Assembly (NCBI GenBank): GCA_040390065.1 | Contig: JAZJZE010000005.1 | Span: 64,001 to 128,000 of the forward strand | Source: a bacterium | GTDB taxonomy: Archaea; Thermoplasmatota; E2; JACPAO01; JAHFTW01 | Length of the DNA stretch: 64,000 bases | Direction of reading: 5' to 3' | Part shown: one piece after another, positions 18,709 to 28,300 of the stretch | Layout of the letters: each line of letters starts with the position of its first letter | How positions within the stretch are numbered: the first letter of the stretch is position 1 | Notes under the pieces: generated by a model | Database searches by the model: none | Seen by the model: the letters and a program-made list of their open reading frames with translations, nothing else | Told to the model about the DNA's origin: nothing | Program-made: the position numbers and the translations under genes

Positions 18709-19119
18709 GTGGTCAAAGAAGAGGGCGAGGACGACGAGGAAATCCTGGCGGAGGACCTCGCAGAAGAGCTCGCCGCAAAGGAGCCTGTCGCGGTCCCCGT
18801 CGAGGGCATGGAGTCCGACGAGGCCGTCAACCGCTACCGCATGCCGGACAACCGCAACCGCGAGATGTTCGCCATCGCGGACGAACTCATGGGCGCCTCG
18901 AAACTGCGCGTCATGTGCGAGGACGGCAAGTCCCGCATGGCCCGCATCCCGGGCAAGATGAAGCGCCGCATGTGGATCAAGCCCGGCGACCTCGTCATCG
19001 TGAAGCCGTGGGACTTCCAGGACGAGAAGGCCGACGTCAAGTACCGCTACGTGCGCACGCAGGCCGTCAACCTGAGCCGGCGCAAGAAGATTCCTGAGCT
19101 TCTCGATGTCGGGTTCTGA
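18709..19119 (+). CDS. eif1a: Translation initiation factor aIF-1A with acidic N-terminal extension
   Basis: MGASKLRVMCEDGKSRMARIPGKMKRRMWIKPGDLVIVKPWDFQDEKADVKYRY; TATA-like TTAAATAAA at 18679-18687. Confidence 0.95.
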   Translation: MVKEEGEDDEEILAEDLAEELAAKEPVAVPVEGMESDEAVNRYRMPDNRNREMFAIADELMGASKLRVMCEDGKSRMARIPGKMKRRMWIKPGDLVIVKPWDFQDEKADVKYRYVRTQAVNLSRRKKIPELLDVGF

Positions 19120-19129
19120 GGCCATCGTC

Positions 19130-20053
19130 ATGGGCGACGACGTCGAGGAAGCAACCCCTCTTCTGTCGCTCGAGGACGACGAGATGCGGCAGGAGGCCTC
19201 CAACGACGAGTGGGCCTACCGGCAAGCCGAACGGCTCGTCGGCGGGATGCCCGGACGCACGGGCGGCGCCGACCGGAGGACGGAGGGCGAGGTGTTCGAC
19301 CACCCGACCCTCATGGTTCTGCACCGCCTCCTCACGCATGGCACCCTGAAGTCGCTCGACTTTCCCATCTCGACCGGCAAGGAAGCCAACGTCTTCCGCG
19401 GGACGACGCCGCGTGGCGCATTCGTCGCGGTCAAGATCTACCGCATCAACACGGCGACGTTCAAGCACGTGCAGCAATACATCGAGGGCGACGAGCGCTT
19501 CGAGGGACGCACGGGCGACCGCCGCGGCCTCGTGCACGCCTGGTGCCAGAAGGAGCACCGCAATCTCCTTCGCCTACGCGACGCGGGGGTCGCCGTCCCC
19601 GAATCCCAGAAGGCCATCGGCAACGTCCTCGTCATGGAATACCTCGGCACCAAGGAAGGGCCTTGGCCGCGCCTCAAGGAAATGACGCCTATCGGCGACG
19701 CCGAGCGCATCTACAAGGACCTCGTCGAGGACTACATCCGCGCCTACAACGTGGCCGACTTGATCCACGCCGACCTGTCCGAGTACAACATCATGCTCGA
19801 GGGCACGGACGACCCCGCGACGTCGTGGCGGCCACGCATGATCGACGTCGGCCAGGCTGTCCTCAAGAACCACCCGATGGCCAAGCAATTCCTGGAACGC
19901 GACGTCAAGAACCTCACCGCCTTCTTCCGTCGCCAGGGCGTCGACGCGAAACCAGAGGACGTAATCGCCCGCCTCGACCACCAGCGCCGCCAGGAACGCG
20001 AACGCCCCGTCAAGATCCGACCGGCCTTGGGCGACGACGAGGAGGAACTTTGA
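19130..20053 (+). CDS. rio1: RIO1 family atypical serine kinase
   Basis: ISTGKEANVF, AVKIY, LVMEY, LIHADLSEYNI, IDVGQAV, HP...FLERD. Confidence 0.95.
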   Translation: MGDDVEEATPLLSLEDDEMRQEASNDEWAYRQAERLVGGMPGRTGGADRRTEGEVFDHPTLMVLHRLLTHGTLKSLDFPISTGKEANVFRGTTPRGAFVAVKIYRINTATFKHVQQYIEGDERFEGRTGDRRGLVHAWCQKEHRNLLRLRDAGVAVPESQKAIGNVLVMEYLGTKEGPWPRLKEMTPIGDAERIYKDLVEDYIRAYNVADLIHADLSEYNIMLEGTDDPATSWRPRMIDVGQAVLKNHPMAKQFLERDVKNLTAFFRRQGVDAKPEDVIARLDHQRRQERERPVKIRPALGDDEEEL

Positions 20054-20099
20054 CGTCCCCTCGCTCGCGTCGCTCGCCCTTCCCCCAGGGGAGGGTCTT

Positions 20100-20645
20100 G
20101 TGATCTACCTCCGCGTGCCAAACGACCGCATCGGTGCCATCATCGGCCCCGGCGGCGAGACGCGCCGCGCCCTCATGGAGCGCAGCGGCATCCAGATCGA
20201 GGTCGACACGAACGAGAACGAGGTCGCCCTGCACGACGAGACGCCGGGGGCGGACCCCGTCATGCTCCTCAAGATGCGCGACATCGTGAAGGCCATCGCG
20301 CGCGGCTTCAGCCCCGAGCACGCAAGCCGCCTGTTCTCCGACGACTGCTACTTCGAACTCCTGGACTTCCACGACTACGTCGGCAAGCACAAGGGCCACG
20401 TGCGCCGCGTCACGGCGCGCCTCATCGGCTCGGAGGGCAAGACGCGCCGCATCATCGAGGAGCAGACGCAGTGCGACCTCGCCATCTACGGCCACACCGT
20501 CGGCATCATCGGCGACCTCGAGGACCTTGCCAACGCCAAGCAGGCCGTCGACATGATTCTGCGCGGCGCCGAGCACGCGTCGGTGTACCGCTTCCTGGAA
20601 AACACGCGGCGCCGGGCCAGGCGCGCGAACGCGGAGACCTGGTAG
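20100..20645 (+). CDS. KH-domain RNA-processing protein (Dim2/Pno1 family)
   Basis: RIGAIIGPGG, AIARGFSPEHA, RLIGSEGKTRRIIE, IYGHTV, G.EH..VYRFLE; conserved archaeal aIF-1A/Rio1/Dim2 order. Confidence 0.92.
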   Translation: MIYLRVPNDRIGAIIGPGGETRRALMERSGIQIEVDTNENEVALHDETPGADPVMLLKMRDIVKAIARGFSPEHASRLFSDDCYFELLDFHDYVGKHKGHVRRVTARLIGSEGKTRRIIEEQTQCDLAIYGHTVGIIGDLEDLANAKQAVDMILRGAEHASVYRFLENTRRRARRANAETW

Positions 20646-20668
20646 CCCCAGATCGGTGCGGCGGTCGC

Positions 20669-20892
20669 CCCGGGACACAGATTCCACGGAATCTCTCTGC
20701 GTCATGCCCGGGCTGGCTTCGGCCACACCCAAATGGCCGCCCTCAGAATTTCCCAGATGCACTTCCGGCGGCTTCGGGAGCCTGCGCGGGCCGGCTGAAG
20801 GGCATCTGCGGAATTCTGGCGCGGCCCTGGGCAACAGGCCGAAGGCCACTGGAGCGCGCAACCCAATGCATCTGCGGAATCTGTGTCCCGGG
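20669..20892. mobile_element. Family A palindromic MITE/REPIN-like element, copy 1
   Basis: Terminal inverted repeat CCCGGGACACAGATTCC / GGAATCTGTGTCCCGGG; internal inverted repeat CAGAATTTCCCAGATGC / GCATCTGCGGAATTCTG. Confidence 0.75.
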
Positions 20893-20965
20893 CGGCGGGG
20901 CGCTGATGGCGTGCGCGAGGCTGCCCCCCCGTGCCCTTTAAGGGCCCGCCCCCAGTCGCGTCGAC

Positions 20966-22330
20966 GTGGAGCCCGTCCCCGCCGCGCCCGCCGAACCGCC
21001 GAAGGACAACCCGCACGACCCGCCAACGGCGAAGGGGCCCCCCGAACCGGTGACGCCCGGCGAGATGCGCGCCACCGGCGTCCTGTTTGCCATCTTCGCG
21101 GTGACCATCGCGCTCTCCGTCTTGTTCGCGGCGCCCTTCCACCGCGCCGGACTGCAGGCCTTCGCCAACCCGGAGGACACGTCGAACGCCTTCGTGTACC
21201 TCGCCATGATCCTGGCATTCACCTTCGTCATCCTGTGGATCGCCAAGCGCGGCAAGAAGAACATCATCCGCGCCATCATCCTCTTCGCTGTGGGCTCCAC
21301 CATCGCGTATGTGGTCTACCCGCTCGTCGCCCTCGCCCTGCCGGCTGGGCCCATCGAGCCGTACATGGGTTTCCTGGTCATTCCGCTCGTGGCGGCCCTT
21401 GCCGTGTCCATCGGGTCGGTGCTCCTTCTGTACTTCCACCCGGAGTGGTACGTCATCGACACCGTCGGCCTCCTGGTCGCAGCCGGCTCGGCCGCCATCT
21501 TCGGCATCAGCTTCGGCATTCTGCCCGTCATCGTCCTGCTGTCCATGCTGGCCATCTACGACGCGATCGCCGTGTACCGCACGCGCCACATGCTGGCCCT
21601 GGCTGACACCGTCATCGACCTGCGCCTTCCCGTCCTGCTTGTCATCCCCAAGCACGCCGGCTACAAATTCAAGGACGAGGCGAACAAGTTCAAGCAGGCC
21701 TCCGCCGAGAACAAGGGCGAACGCGAAGCCATGTTCATGGGACTCGGCGACCTCGTGATGCCGACGATGCTCGTCGTGTCGGCGCTCACGTTCCTCGGCG
21801 CCCTCACGGCCGTGCCCCTGGCCGCGACGGTCGAACCTTGGGACGATGCCCACGGGCTGCCCGTGGACATGACAGCCGCCGCCACCCCCGGCCACCCGAT
21901 CAACGTCCAGTACACGATCTCCAGTCCGTCCCCTGCCGCCTCGTCCTGGAATTGGACGCTCACCTGGGCCGACGGCACCCACGACGCCTACGGCCACGGC
22001 CTGCCCGCGTTCGTCACACGCGAGTTCCAGGAGCCCGGCGGAGTCGTCGCCAACATCACCGTCCAAGACGCCTCGGGTGCCAAGGGCTCGGTCGAACTCG
22101 TGGCCGCCGTGGACTACGCCCACGCCACGTTCTTCACCCCATTGTCGACCCTGTTCGCCAACCCGCCCGCCCTCGGCGCCGCCATCGGCACCCTTGCCGG
22201 CTTCGGGGCCCTCATGGTCTTCGTCCTGCGCGGTAATCCGCAGGCCGGCCTGCCGCTCCTGAACGGGGGCGCCCTCGCCGGCTTCCTGCTCGGCCTGTAC
22301 CAGGCCACGGGGTCGTTCAAGTTCTGGTGA
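20966..22330 (+). CDS. Presenilin-family intramembrane aspartyl protease (PSH) with inserted PKD-like domain
   Basis: HPEWYVID, catalytic IYD and MGLGD, PQAGLP (PAL-equivalent); about 9 TM; TATA-like CTTTAAG at 20936-20942. Confidence 0.92.
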   Translation: MEPVPAAPAEPPKDNPHDPPTAKGPPEPVTPGEMRATGVLFAIFAVTIALSVLFAAPFHRAGLQAFANPEDTSNAFVYLAMILAFTFVILWIAKRGKKNIIRAIILFAVGSTIAYVVYPLVALALPAGPIEPYMGFLVIPLVAALAVSIGSVLLLYFHPEWYVIDTVGLLVAAGSAAIFGISFGILPVIVLLSMLAIYDAIAVYRTRHMLALADTVIDLRLPVLLVIPKHAGYKFKDEANKFKQASAENKGEREAMFMGLGDLVMPTMLVVSALTFLGALTAVPLAATVEPWDDAHGLPVDMTAAATPGHPINVQYTISSPSPAASSWNWTLTWADGTHDAYGHGLPAFVTREFQEPGGVVANITVQDASGAKGSVELVAAVDYAHATFFTPLSTLFANPPALGAAIGTLAGFGALMVFVLRGNPQAGLPLLNGGALAGFLLGLYQATGSFKFW

Positions 22331-22398
22331 GTTTCCCTCCTGGAATCACAGAAGAAAACCTTTAGCCATGCAGGGGCTCAGGAGATTCAGGGTAGCCC

Positions 22399-22686
22399 AT
22401 GGACGCCGAGGTCACTTCTTTCATCAATCTCCCCGTCTACACGCACGGCGGCCGCTACGTCGGCGTCGTGCAGAACGTCATCCTCGACCTCCCCAGCCGC
22501 CGCATCGGCAGCCTCCTCCTCACCCGCACCTCCAGCAAACTCATCGAGGGCGGCCACAACGTTGCCGTCCCGTACCGCTGGGTCGCCTCCATCGGCGACA
22601 TCGTCATCCTCAGCCACTTCCCGGACAAGGTCGTCGCCCAGCCCAAGACGGCCGAGGAAGCGGAAGAAGAGCCGGTTGCAGCGTAG
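22399..22686 (+). CDS. PRC-barrel domain protein
   Basis: LPVYTHGGRYVGVVQNVILD...VAVPYRWVASIGDIVIL. Confidence 0.88.
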   Translation: MDAEVTSFINLPVYTHGGRYVGVVQNVILDLPSRRIGSLLLTRTSSKLIEGGHNVAVPYRWVASIGDIVILSHFPDKVVAQPKTAEEAEEEPVAA

Positions 22687-22689
22687 GCG

Positions 22690-23001
22690 ATGGCCAGCTC
22701 GAAGGCGGGCGCCGCCTTCTCCCGCAAGGTCCACGCCTTCGTCCGAAAAGTCCCCAAAGGTCGCGTCACCACCTACGGCGATGTCGCCTACTCCATCGGC
22801 CAACCGGGAGCCGCCCGCGCCGTCGGCCACGTCATGCGCAACACGCCCGACGACTCCCCGACGCCGTGCCATCGCGTCGTTCGCGCCGGCGGGCACGTCG
22901 TGCCCGTGCGGGGGAATGCGCTCGTTGCAAGGCTGCGGGCAGAGGGCGTCACGGTGAAGTCGGGGCAGGTTGTCGGCTTTGCCAGGCTGCGTTGGCCGTA
23001 G
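22690..23001 (+). CDS. MGMT/Ogt family alkyltransferase (C-terminal domain only)
   Basis: VPKGRVTTYGDVA, AARAVG, active-site PCHRVV, LRAEGV. Confidence 0.88.
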   Translation: MASSKAGAAFSRKVHAFVRKVPKGRVTTYGDVAYSIGQPGAARAVGHVMRNTPDDSPTPCHRVVRAGGHVVPVRGNALVARLRAEGVTVKSGQVVGFARLRWP

Positions 23002-23026
23002 CGTCGCTTCGCGCCGCTGCCGACTG

Positions 23027-23244
23027 AACACAGATTCCACCGATACCCTAGACTGCACATTTCAGTGACCCTCGGCCTGTTTCCCAGTGGCTGCCCCAGA
23101 ATTCCCCAGATGCACTTCAGCCGAGGCCCCGGCCTCCACGGAAAGTTCATCTGCGAAATTCTGGGGGGTGCAGTTCGAGTCAGGGCGAAGGCTCCTCTGG
23201 TACGCCCCAGCAAAACTCTGTGAAATCTGTGTTTGGCCGAGAGC
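23027..23244. mobile_element. Family A element, copy 2 (inverted relative to copies 1 and 4)
   Basis: AACACAGATTCCAC ... CCAGAATTCCCCAGATG ... CATCTGCGAAATTCTGG ... GTGAAATCTGTGTT. Confidence 0.75.
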
Positions 23245-23249
23245 GGTCT

Positions 23250-23316
23250 CTAGTTCTTCAACGGCATCTTCTCGCAAGCGGCTTCCAGGATATCCATGCC
23301 CGCATCGATCTTCGCA
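23250..23316 (-). repeat. Diverged duplicate of the aminotransferase 3' end (AKIDAGMDILEAACEKMPLKN*)
   Basis: 59/67 identical to 23486-23552; 7 of 8 differences are synonymous, one is R/K. Confidence 0.9.
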
Positions 23317-23367
23317 GAGTCCCTTGCGACCCAATCTGGTACGCAACCGTGGTCTGTGCAAATCGGG

Positions 23368-23480
23368 CCAGATTCCAGCCTAATTCATCTGGGGAATTCT
23401 GGGGTTAGCCGTTTTCTGGACGGGATTTCACGCCCGCTTGGACCGTTAGGCCGCTGCGAAATCTGTGTCTGCCCGAGAGC
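23368..23480. mobile_element. Family A element, partial copy 3
   Basis: TTCATCTGGGGAATTCTGGGG ... CTGCGAAATCTGTGTCTGCCCGAGAGC parallels the right half of copy 2. Confidence 0.65.
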
Positions 23481-23485
23481 CGCCA

Positions 23486-24652
23486 CTAGTTCCTCAAAGG
23501 CATTTTTTCGCATGCGGCTTCGAGAATGTCCATGCCCGCATCGATCTTCGCAACACTGCAGGCATAGCTGAATCGCAAGTGCCCTTCGCCAAGGCGACCG
23601 AAGGCCGAACCCGGGCTGCAGATGAGACCCTTCGCAGCCAAGTTGAGCGCCAACTCCTCGCTCGGGATGTCGAAGTCATACTTGGGGAAGGCGTAGAACG
23701 CTCCGCCAGGCTTCTGCATCTTGAGGCCACGCATCTTCTGCAGACGCTTCGTGATGCGGTCTCGGCGCTTGCGGAACTCGGCCAGCATGTTGTCCGCCTG
23801 CGTCTGCGGGCCTTCGAGGGCGGCCACACACGCCCACTGGATGGGTGTGGGCGTGCAGGCGACGGTGTAGTAGTGCATCGTCTCGATGGCCTTCACGTAC
23901 TCGCGCTTCGTCGCGATGGCCCCGAGCCGCCAGCCCGTCAGGGCGTAGGTCTTGGAGAACGAATTGACCCAGATGACGTTGTCCATGTGGCTGAGGAAAC
24001 TATGGTGCGGCGCGTCGTAGGAGAGGAAGTCGTACACCTCGTCGGCGACGACCATGATGTCCTTGTCCTCGGCGACTTCGCAGACGGCGCGCACGGCGGC
24101 CTTGTCCATGCACGCGCCCGTCGGGTTCGACGGCGTGTTTATGATGAGGAGCTTCGTCCTCGGCGTGATCTTGGCCTGGATCTCGTCGACGTCCGGCTGG
24201 TACTTGTTCTCCGCCGTCAGGCTGTACGGGATAGGGAAGCCTCCGCACAGGCGCGCCTGGCTTGGATAGAGGACGAAGCCTGGGTCGGGGACGAGGACCT
24301 CGTCGCCATGGTCGACGAACGTGTGGTTCACGGTCATGAGGGCCTGGGTGGCCCCGGCTGTGATGATGATGTTCTGCGCCGAGACGTTCTCGCCGCGGTA
24401 GTTCTTGATGCGCGTGGCGACGGCTTCGCGAAGCTGCGGCAGCCCAAGGCTCGGGCCGTAGTGGTTCTTGCCTGCCGCCACGGCGTCCGTGAGGGCCTTG
24501 GCGATGTGGGGGGCCGGCTCGAAGTCCGGTTCGCCAAGCCCCATGTTGATGGAGTCCTTGCCGGCCAGCTCGAACATCTTGCGAATGCCGCTCATCTCGA
24601 TGCCTAGGAGGCGCCGGGCCACGAGGCTCTGGCCCGAGCGGGAGACGGCCAC
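23486..24652 (-). CDS. PLP-dependent aminotransferase class I/II (aspartate aminotransferase-like)
   Basis: GLGEPDF, YGPSLGLPQLREA, NTPSNPTG, DEVY, NSFSKTYALTGWRLG, GAFY, PGSAFG; likely GTG start at 24652. Confidence 0.93.
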   Translation of the reverse strand: MAVSRSGQSLVARRLLGIEMSGIRKMFELAGKDSINMGLGEPDFEPAPHIAKALTDAVAAGKNHYGPSLGLPQLREAVATRIKNYRGENVSAQNIIITAGATQALMTVNHTFVDHGDEVLVPDPGFVLYPSQARLCGGFPIPYSLTAENKYQPDVDEIQAKITPRTKLLIINTPSNPTGACMDKAAVRAVCEVAEDKDIMVVADEVYDFLSYDAPHHSFLSHMDNVIWVNSFSKTYALTGWRLGAIATKREYVKAIETMHYYTVACTPTPIQWACVAALEGPQTQADNMLAEFRKRRDRITKRLQKMRGLKMQKPGGAFYAFPKYDFDIPSEELALNLAAKGLICSPGSAFGRLGEGHLRFSYACSVAKIDAGMDILEAACEKMPLRN

Positions 24653-24790
24653 GAGCCCGGCCAGAAGGAGGACATAGAAAAGGACTCCAGGCGGAGTAAA
24701 CCCCGGCCCGAGGCGCATGATCCCCGGGCCGGGGCCTCCGCACGAGGGCGGAGAGGTGGGGGTTGAGGGGAAGAGGGGGCCTTCCGACGC

Positions 24791-25177
24791 CTACAGGCCC
24801 GTCGTGTAGTCGACGTGCGTGTCGGAGTCGACGACGCTGTTGTGGACGCCGACGTCGACGGAGCCCGAGGACTGGTCAGCCTCGTAGCAGGCGTTGCCGT
24901 TGCCGGCAAGGTCGACACAGGTCGGCGTCGCATCGGTCGAGACGGTCGAGGACGACGGACCGCTGCCGTCGTCGCAGGACGCTGGCGCCGTCACGCAGAC
25001 GGTGATGGAGCAGCTGCCCGTCGTGCAGTCACCGTCCTGCGTCACGCAGGCTTGGCCCTCGCCCGCGAGGTCTTGACACGTGGTGTCAGCATGGTGGCTT
25101 GGTGCGAACGCCGGGATGGTTGCGGCGCCGCCGGTGGCTGCAATCAGCAGTCCTGCGATGGCGAAGATGGTGTTCAT
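24791..25177 (-). CDS. Small secreted Cys-rich protein
   Basis: AAGGAGA Shine-Dalgarno-like site; signal peptide; internal repeat TCQDLAGEGQAC / TCVDLAGNGNAC. Confidence 0.7.
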   Translation of the reverse strand: MNTIFAIAGLLIAATGGAATIPAFAPSHHADTTCQDLAGEGQACVTQDGDCTTGSCSITVCVTAPASCDDGSGPSSSTVSTDATPTCVDLAGNGNACYEADQSSGSVDVGVHNSVVDSDTHVDYTTGL

Positions 25178-25399
25178 GGTGGTGTCTCCTTTGCGCCCTC
25201 TGGGCTCCGGGGGCCCGTTGGACGGACGGCATGATACGGGGTGGGATGATGAACCCCCGCGGCGCGTTCCCGTTCTTGCGATTCCCATCTAGCGAGATGA
25301 ACGGGTTCGTGTCGCTGCGGAGCGGTCAGGCCTGCCGCGGCACGCGTTGTCGCCTATCGTACAGGCTGCACACTTGTGGGCTTCGCCGGGCGCGCCCGA

Positions 25400-28300
25400 C
25401 TACGCGGTGCGCTGGACGATGACGTTCACGTCGTCGCCGCCGAAGGCCACGTCGAACTCCTTGTGGCCGAGGTACGTGACATCGACGTCATTGGCATCCT
25501 TGTGCGGGTAGTTGACGTCGAGGACGACGTGGCCCTCCCCGGCCGAGAAGGTGACAACGCCGGTCGCATTCGTCGTGTAATCCAGTGCCTTGGCGTCCCC
25601 GGTCCTGTTGACCGACATGGGGACGTTGGCAAGGGGCGTGCCATCGAGGTTCAGGAACGTGGCGTGCACGGTCGACTGCTTCGCCGTGAGGGCGACGTCG
25701 ACGACGACGGTTCCGTTGGAGATGACGTTGGCCGAGCCAGTGCCGGGGTTGTAGCCGGTCGCCGTGACGCTGACCGTGTACGCGCCGGCCTGCAGCGGGC
25801 CGACCGTGTAGTTGCCGCCAGCCGTGGACGTGGCCTGCATCGCGGCACCTGCGGGGACGGGGACGCTGATCTGGGCCCCTTCCACGACGTGGTCCTTGCC
25901 TGGCGTGAAGGTGGAGTCGCCGCTCGTCTCGGCGTAGACGTGGCCGGCGATGGTGCCGCGCGGCACGTGCAGCACGACATCGCTGACAACGCGCCCGTTC
26001 TGGGCGTCTGCCATGCTGTACTGGTAGTCGGGCCCATTGTTCTGGTACAGGAGCGTGCTCGTCTCGCCTTCGATGGAGACGATGGCGACGCGCAGGTCGC
26101 CGTTCTCGCTGAAGGGCGCCGTGGAGTGGAACTCGCCGGCGGCGTTGCTGACGCTCTCGCCATGCTGGGCGCCGTATGCGTCGACGAAGGCGACGGTGAC
26201 TCCCGCCATGGGTGCGCCGCCGTCGTCGAGGACGCGGCCCGAGACGTTGACACCGTGGTAGTACTGCAGGAGCGCCGTCTGGCGGGCGCGCGTCGTCTTG
26301 CCGGCGAGCTGGAAGCCACCCGAGGTGACCTCCTTGATGACCCGCCAGTGGTTCAGGCCAGCGCCGGCCGGGGCGAGGTCCGCCGCCGTGCCGCCAAAGG
26401 CGCGCGCGAACATCGTCTTGCCGTACAGGTCCGTCGGCTCGTAGAAGTAGAACGCGCCCTGCGTGTCGACGCCCTGGGCGCCCGGCTGCTGGAGCGGCGT
26501 GCCGCCCAGCGGGTACAGTTTGCCCTGGAACAGTTCGTACTGCTGGTTGTTGGCGTCGAAGTAGCGCTCGTTGCCGTCGCCGATCTGCTGGTAGCCGCCG
26601 CGCGGGTCCGGGATGTACGTCTGGACCCTGAACTCCTGTCCCGTGCCGACGTGCAGCTTCGTCTGGTAGTAGTCGTCCGGGTTCTTGTTGGACAGGAACA
26701 CAGGCGCGTAGAAGATGCTGTTGTCGCGGGCGGCCGTCTTCGACGTGGGGAAGGGGCCCATCTTGTCGTCGACACCGATGTAGCCGACGAAGTGGCCCGT
26801 CGCCTTGGCGACGTCCTCGTACAACTCGAAGGCCTTCTCCTCGGTGAGGTTGAGGTCCTTGACCATCTTGATCTTGGGCTCGTACCAGTAGCCGCCCTGC
26901 ATCGAGACGAGGGAGGGATACTTGCTGGCGAGAAGCTGGTCAAGGGCGGGTGAGTAGTGCGTGCCCTTCCAGTCGCCCGTGATGAGCAGGATGGTGAGGT
27001 AGTCGATGGCTTCAGCCTCGGAGTCCGACGCGAGGAAGCGGCCGGACATCTCATAGTGCGACTGGAACGGGTCCGCGACCGTCGGGTGCTTGCCGATGCC
27101 GGTGGCCCAGTGGCCGTAGTCCCACCACGCCATGAAGGCGGGACGATCGATCTCGGACTTGTTGGTATCGAGGGTCGCGAAATAATTCATGAGCGGAAGC
27201 CAGCCGTTCGACTTCAACTCGTATTGCATGCCGAAGCCGCCCCAGTGGACGCCGCAGTCGCCAGGCGAGATGCGTTCGCAGTTCTCGGACGTGTCGAGAA
27301 GGCCGTGGTCGCGCTTGAACTCGAAGCCCATGCCGGCGTCCGCGCCGATCCACAGGTTCGGGATGATGAACAGGAGCGTCGTGAGGAGCACCAGGATGAC
27401 CGGGCGCCACGACAGCGAGCGCAGGCTGCGGCTGGCGATGTTCTGGCCGTGCTGCGAGCGGAACTTCTTGCGAATCTCGCTGGTCTTGGCCAGGTCCATG
27501 AGCTTCACGAGGACGAAGCCCAACAGGACGCAGAAGACGGGGGCGGCGTTCTGGATGAAACGGCTGGCCGAGAACATCAGGAAGATGGAGACCGCCGACC
27601 AGCCCGCGACGAGGACGAATCCGGGTTGGCCCTTGTAGGCGCGGCGGAAGATGTGGGCCAAGCCCCAGAAGGCTGCAAGGAACGAGAAGAAGCCGAGGTT
27701 GGCGGCGACTTCCCCGATGGACGGGCGCTTGGCTTCTGCAATCGTCGAGTACAGCTTGGACTGGTTGAAGTAGCCGAGGCCGGAGAACACCGTGTGCGCA
27801 ACGCTCGGAGCAAACTGCACGAAGGCGTAGTAGCCGATGACGCCGGCGATTGCCAGCGCGGGGAACACCAGCACCGAAGGCAGGTTGCGCGTCGGGACGA
27901 GCACCAAGCCGACGGCGAAGACGCCGCCCAGCACGAACAGGCTCGGCTGCACCGTCGTCGCGAAGTGGTAGCCCGCTGCGTGGTAGTACAGCAGCCAGGG
28001 CAGGATGGCCGCGATGGCCGTCGTGATGAGGTAGGCAAGCCAGGTGACCGTCGAGTCGCGGTTGCGCAGGTGGTCGAGGACGAGCTGCAGGACGCAGGCG
28101 ACGGCGATGATTGCCAAGGCGTACGGGTAGCCTTTCCAGGTGACGGCGCAGGCGGTGAGCGCGATGCCGGCCAGTGCTGCGTACACGAAGGTGTTGCGGT
28201 TGGCCTGGAAGGCGTTCCGGAGGCCACTCGAGACGGCGGCGCTGTTGCCCCACTTGGAGACGTAGATGTCGTTGCCGGCCTGCCGGAAGCCGCGTACCAG

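Noticed and set aside
23250-23552. Diversity-generating retroelement TR/VR pair
   Set aside because: Differences are synonymous third-position changes rather than adenine-specific, and there is no reverse transcriptase in the window.
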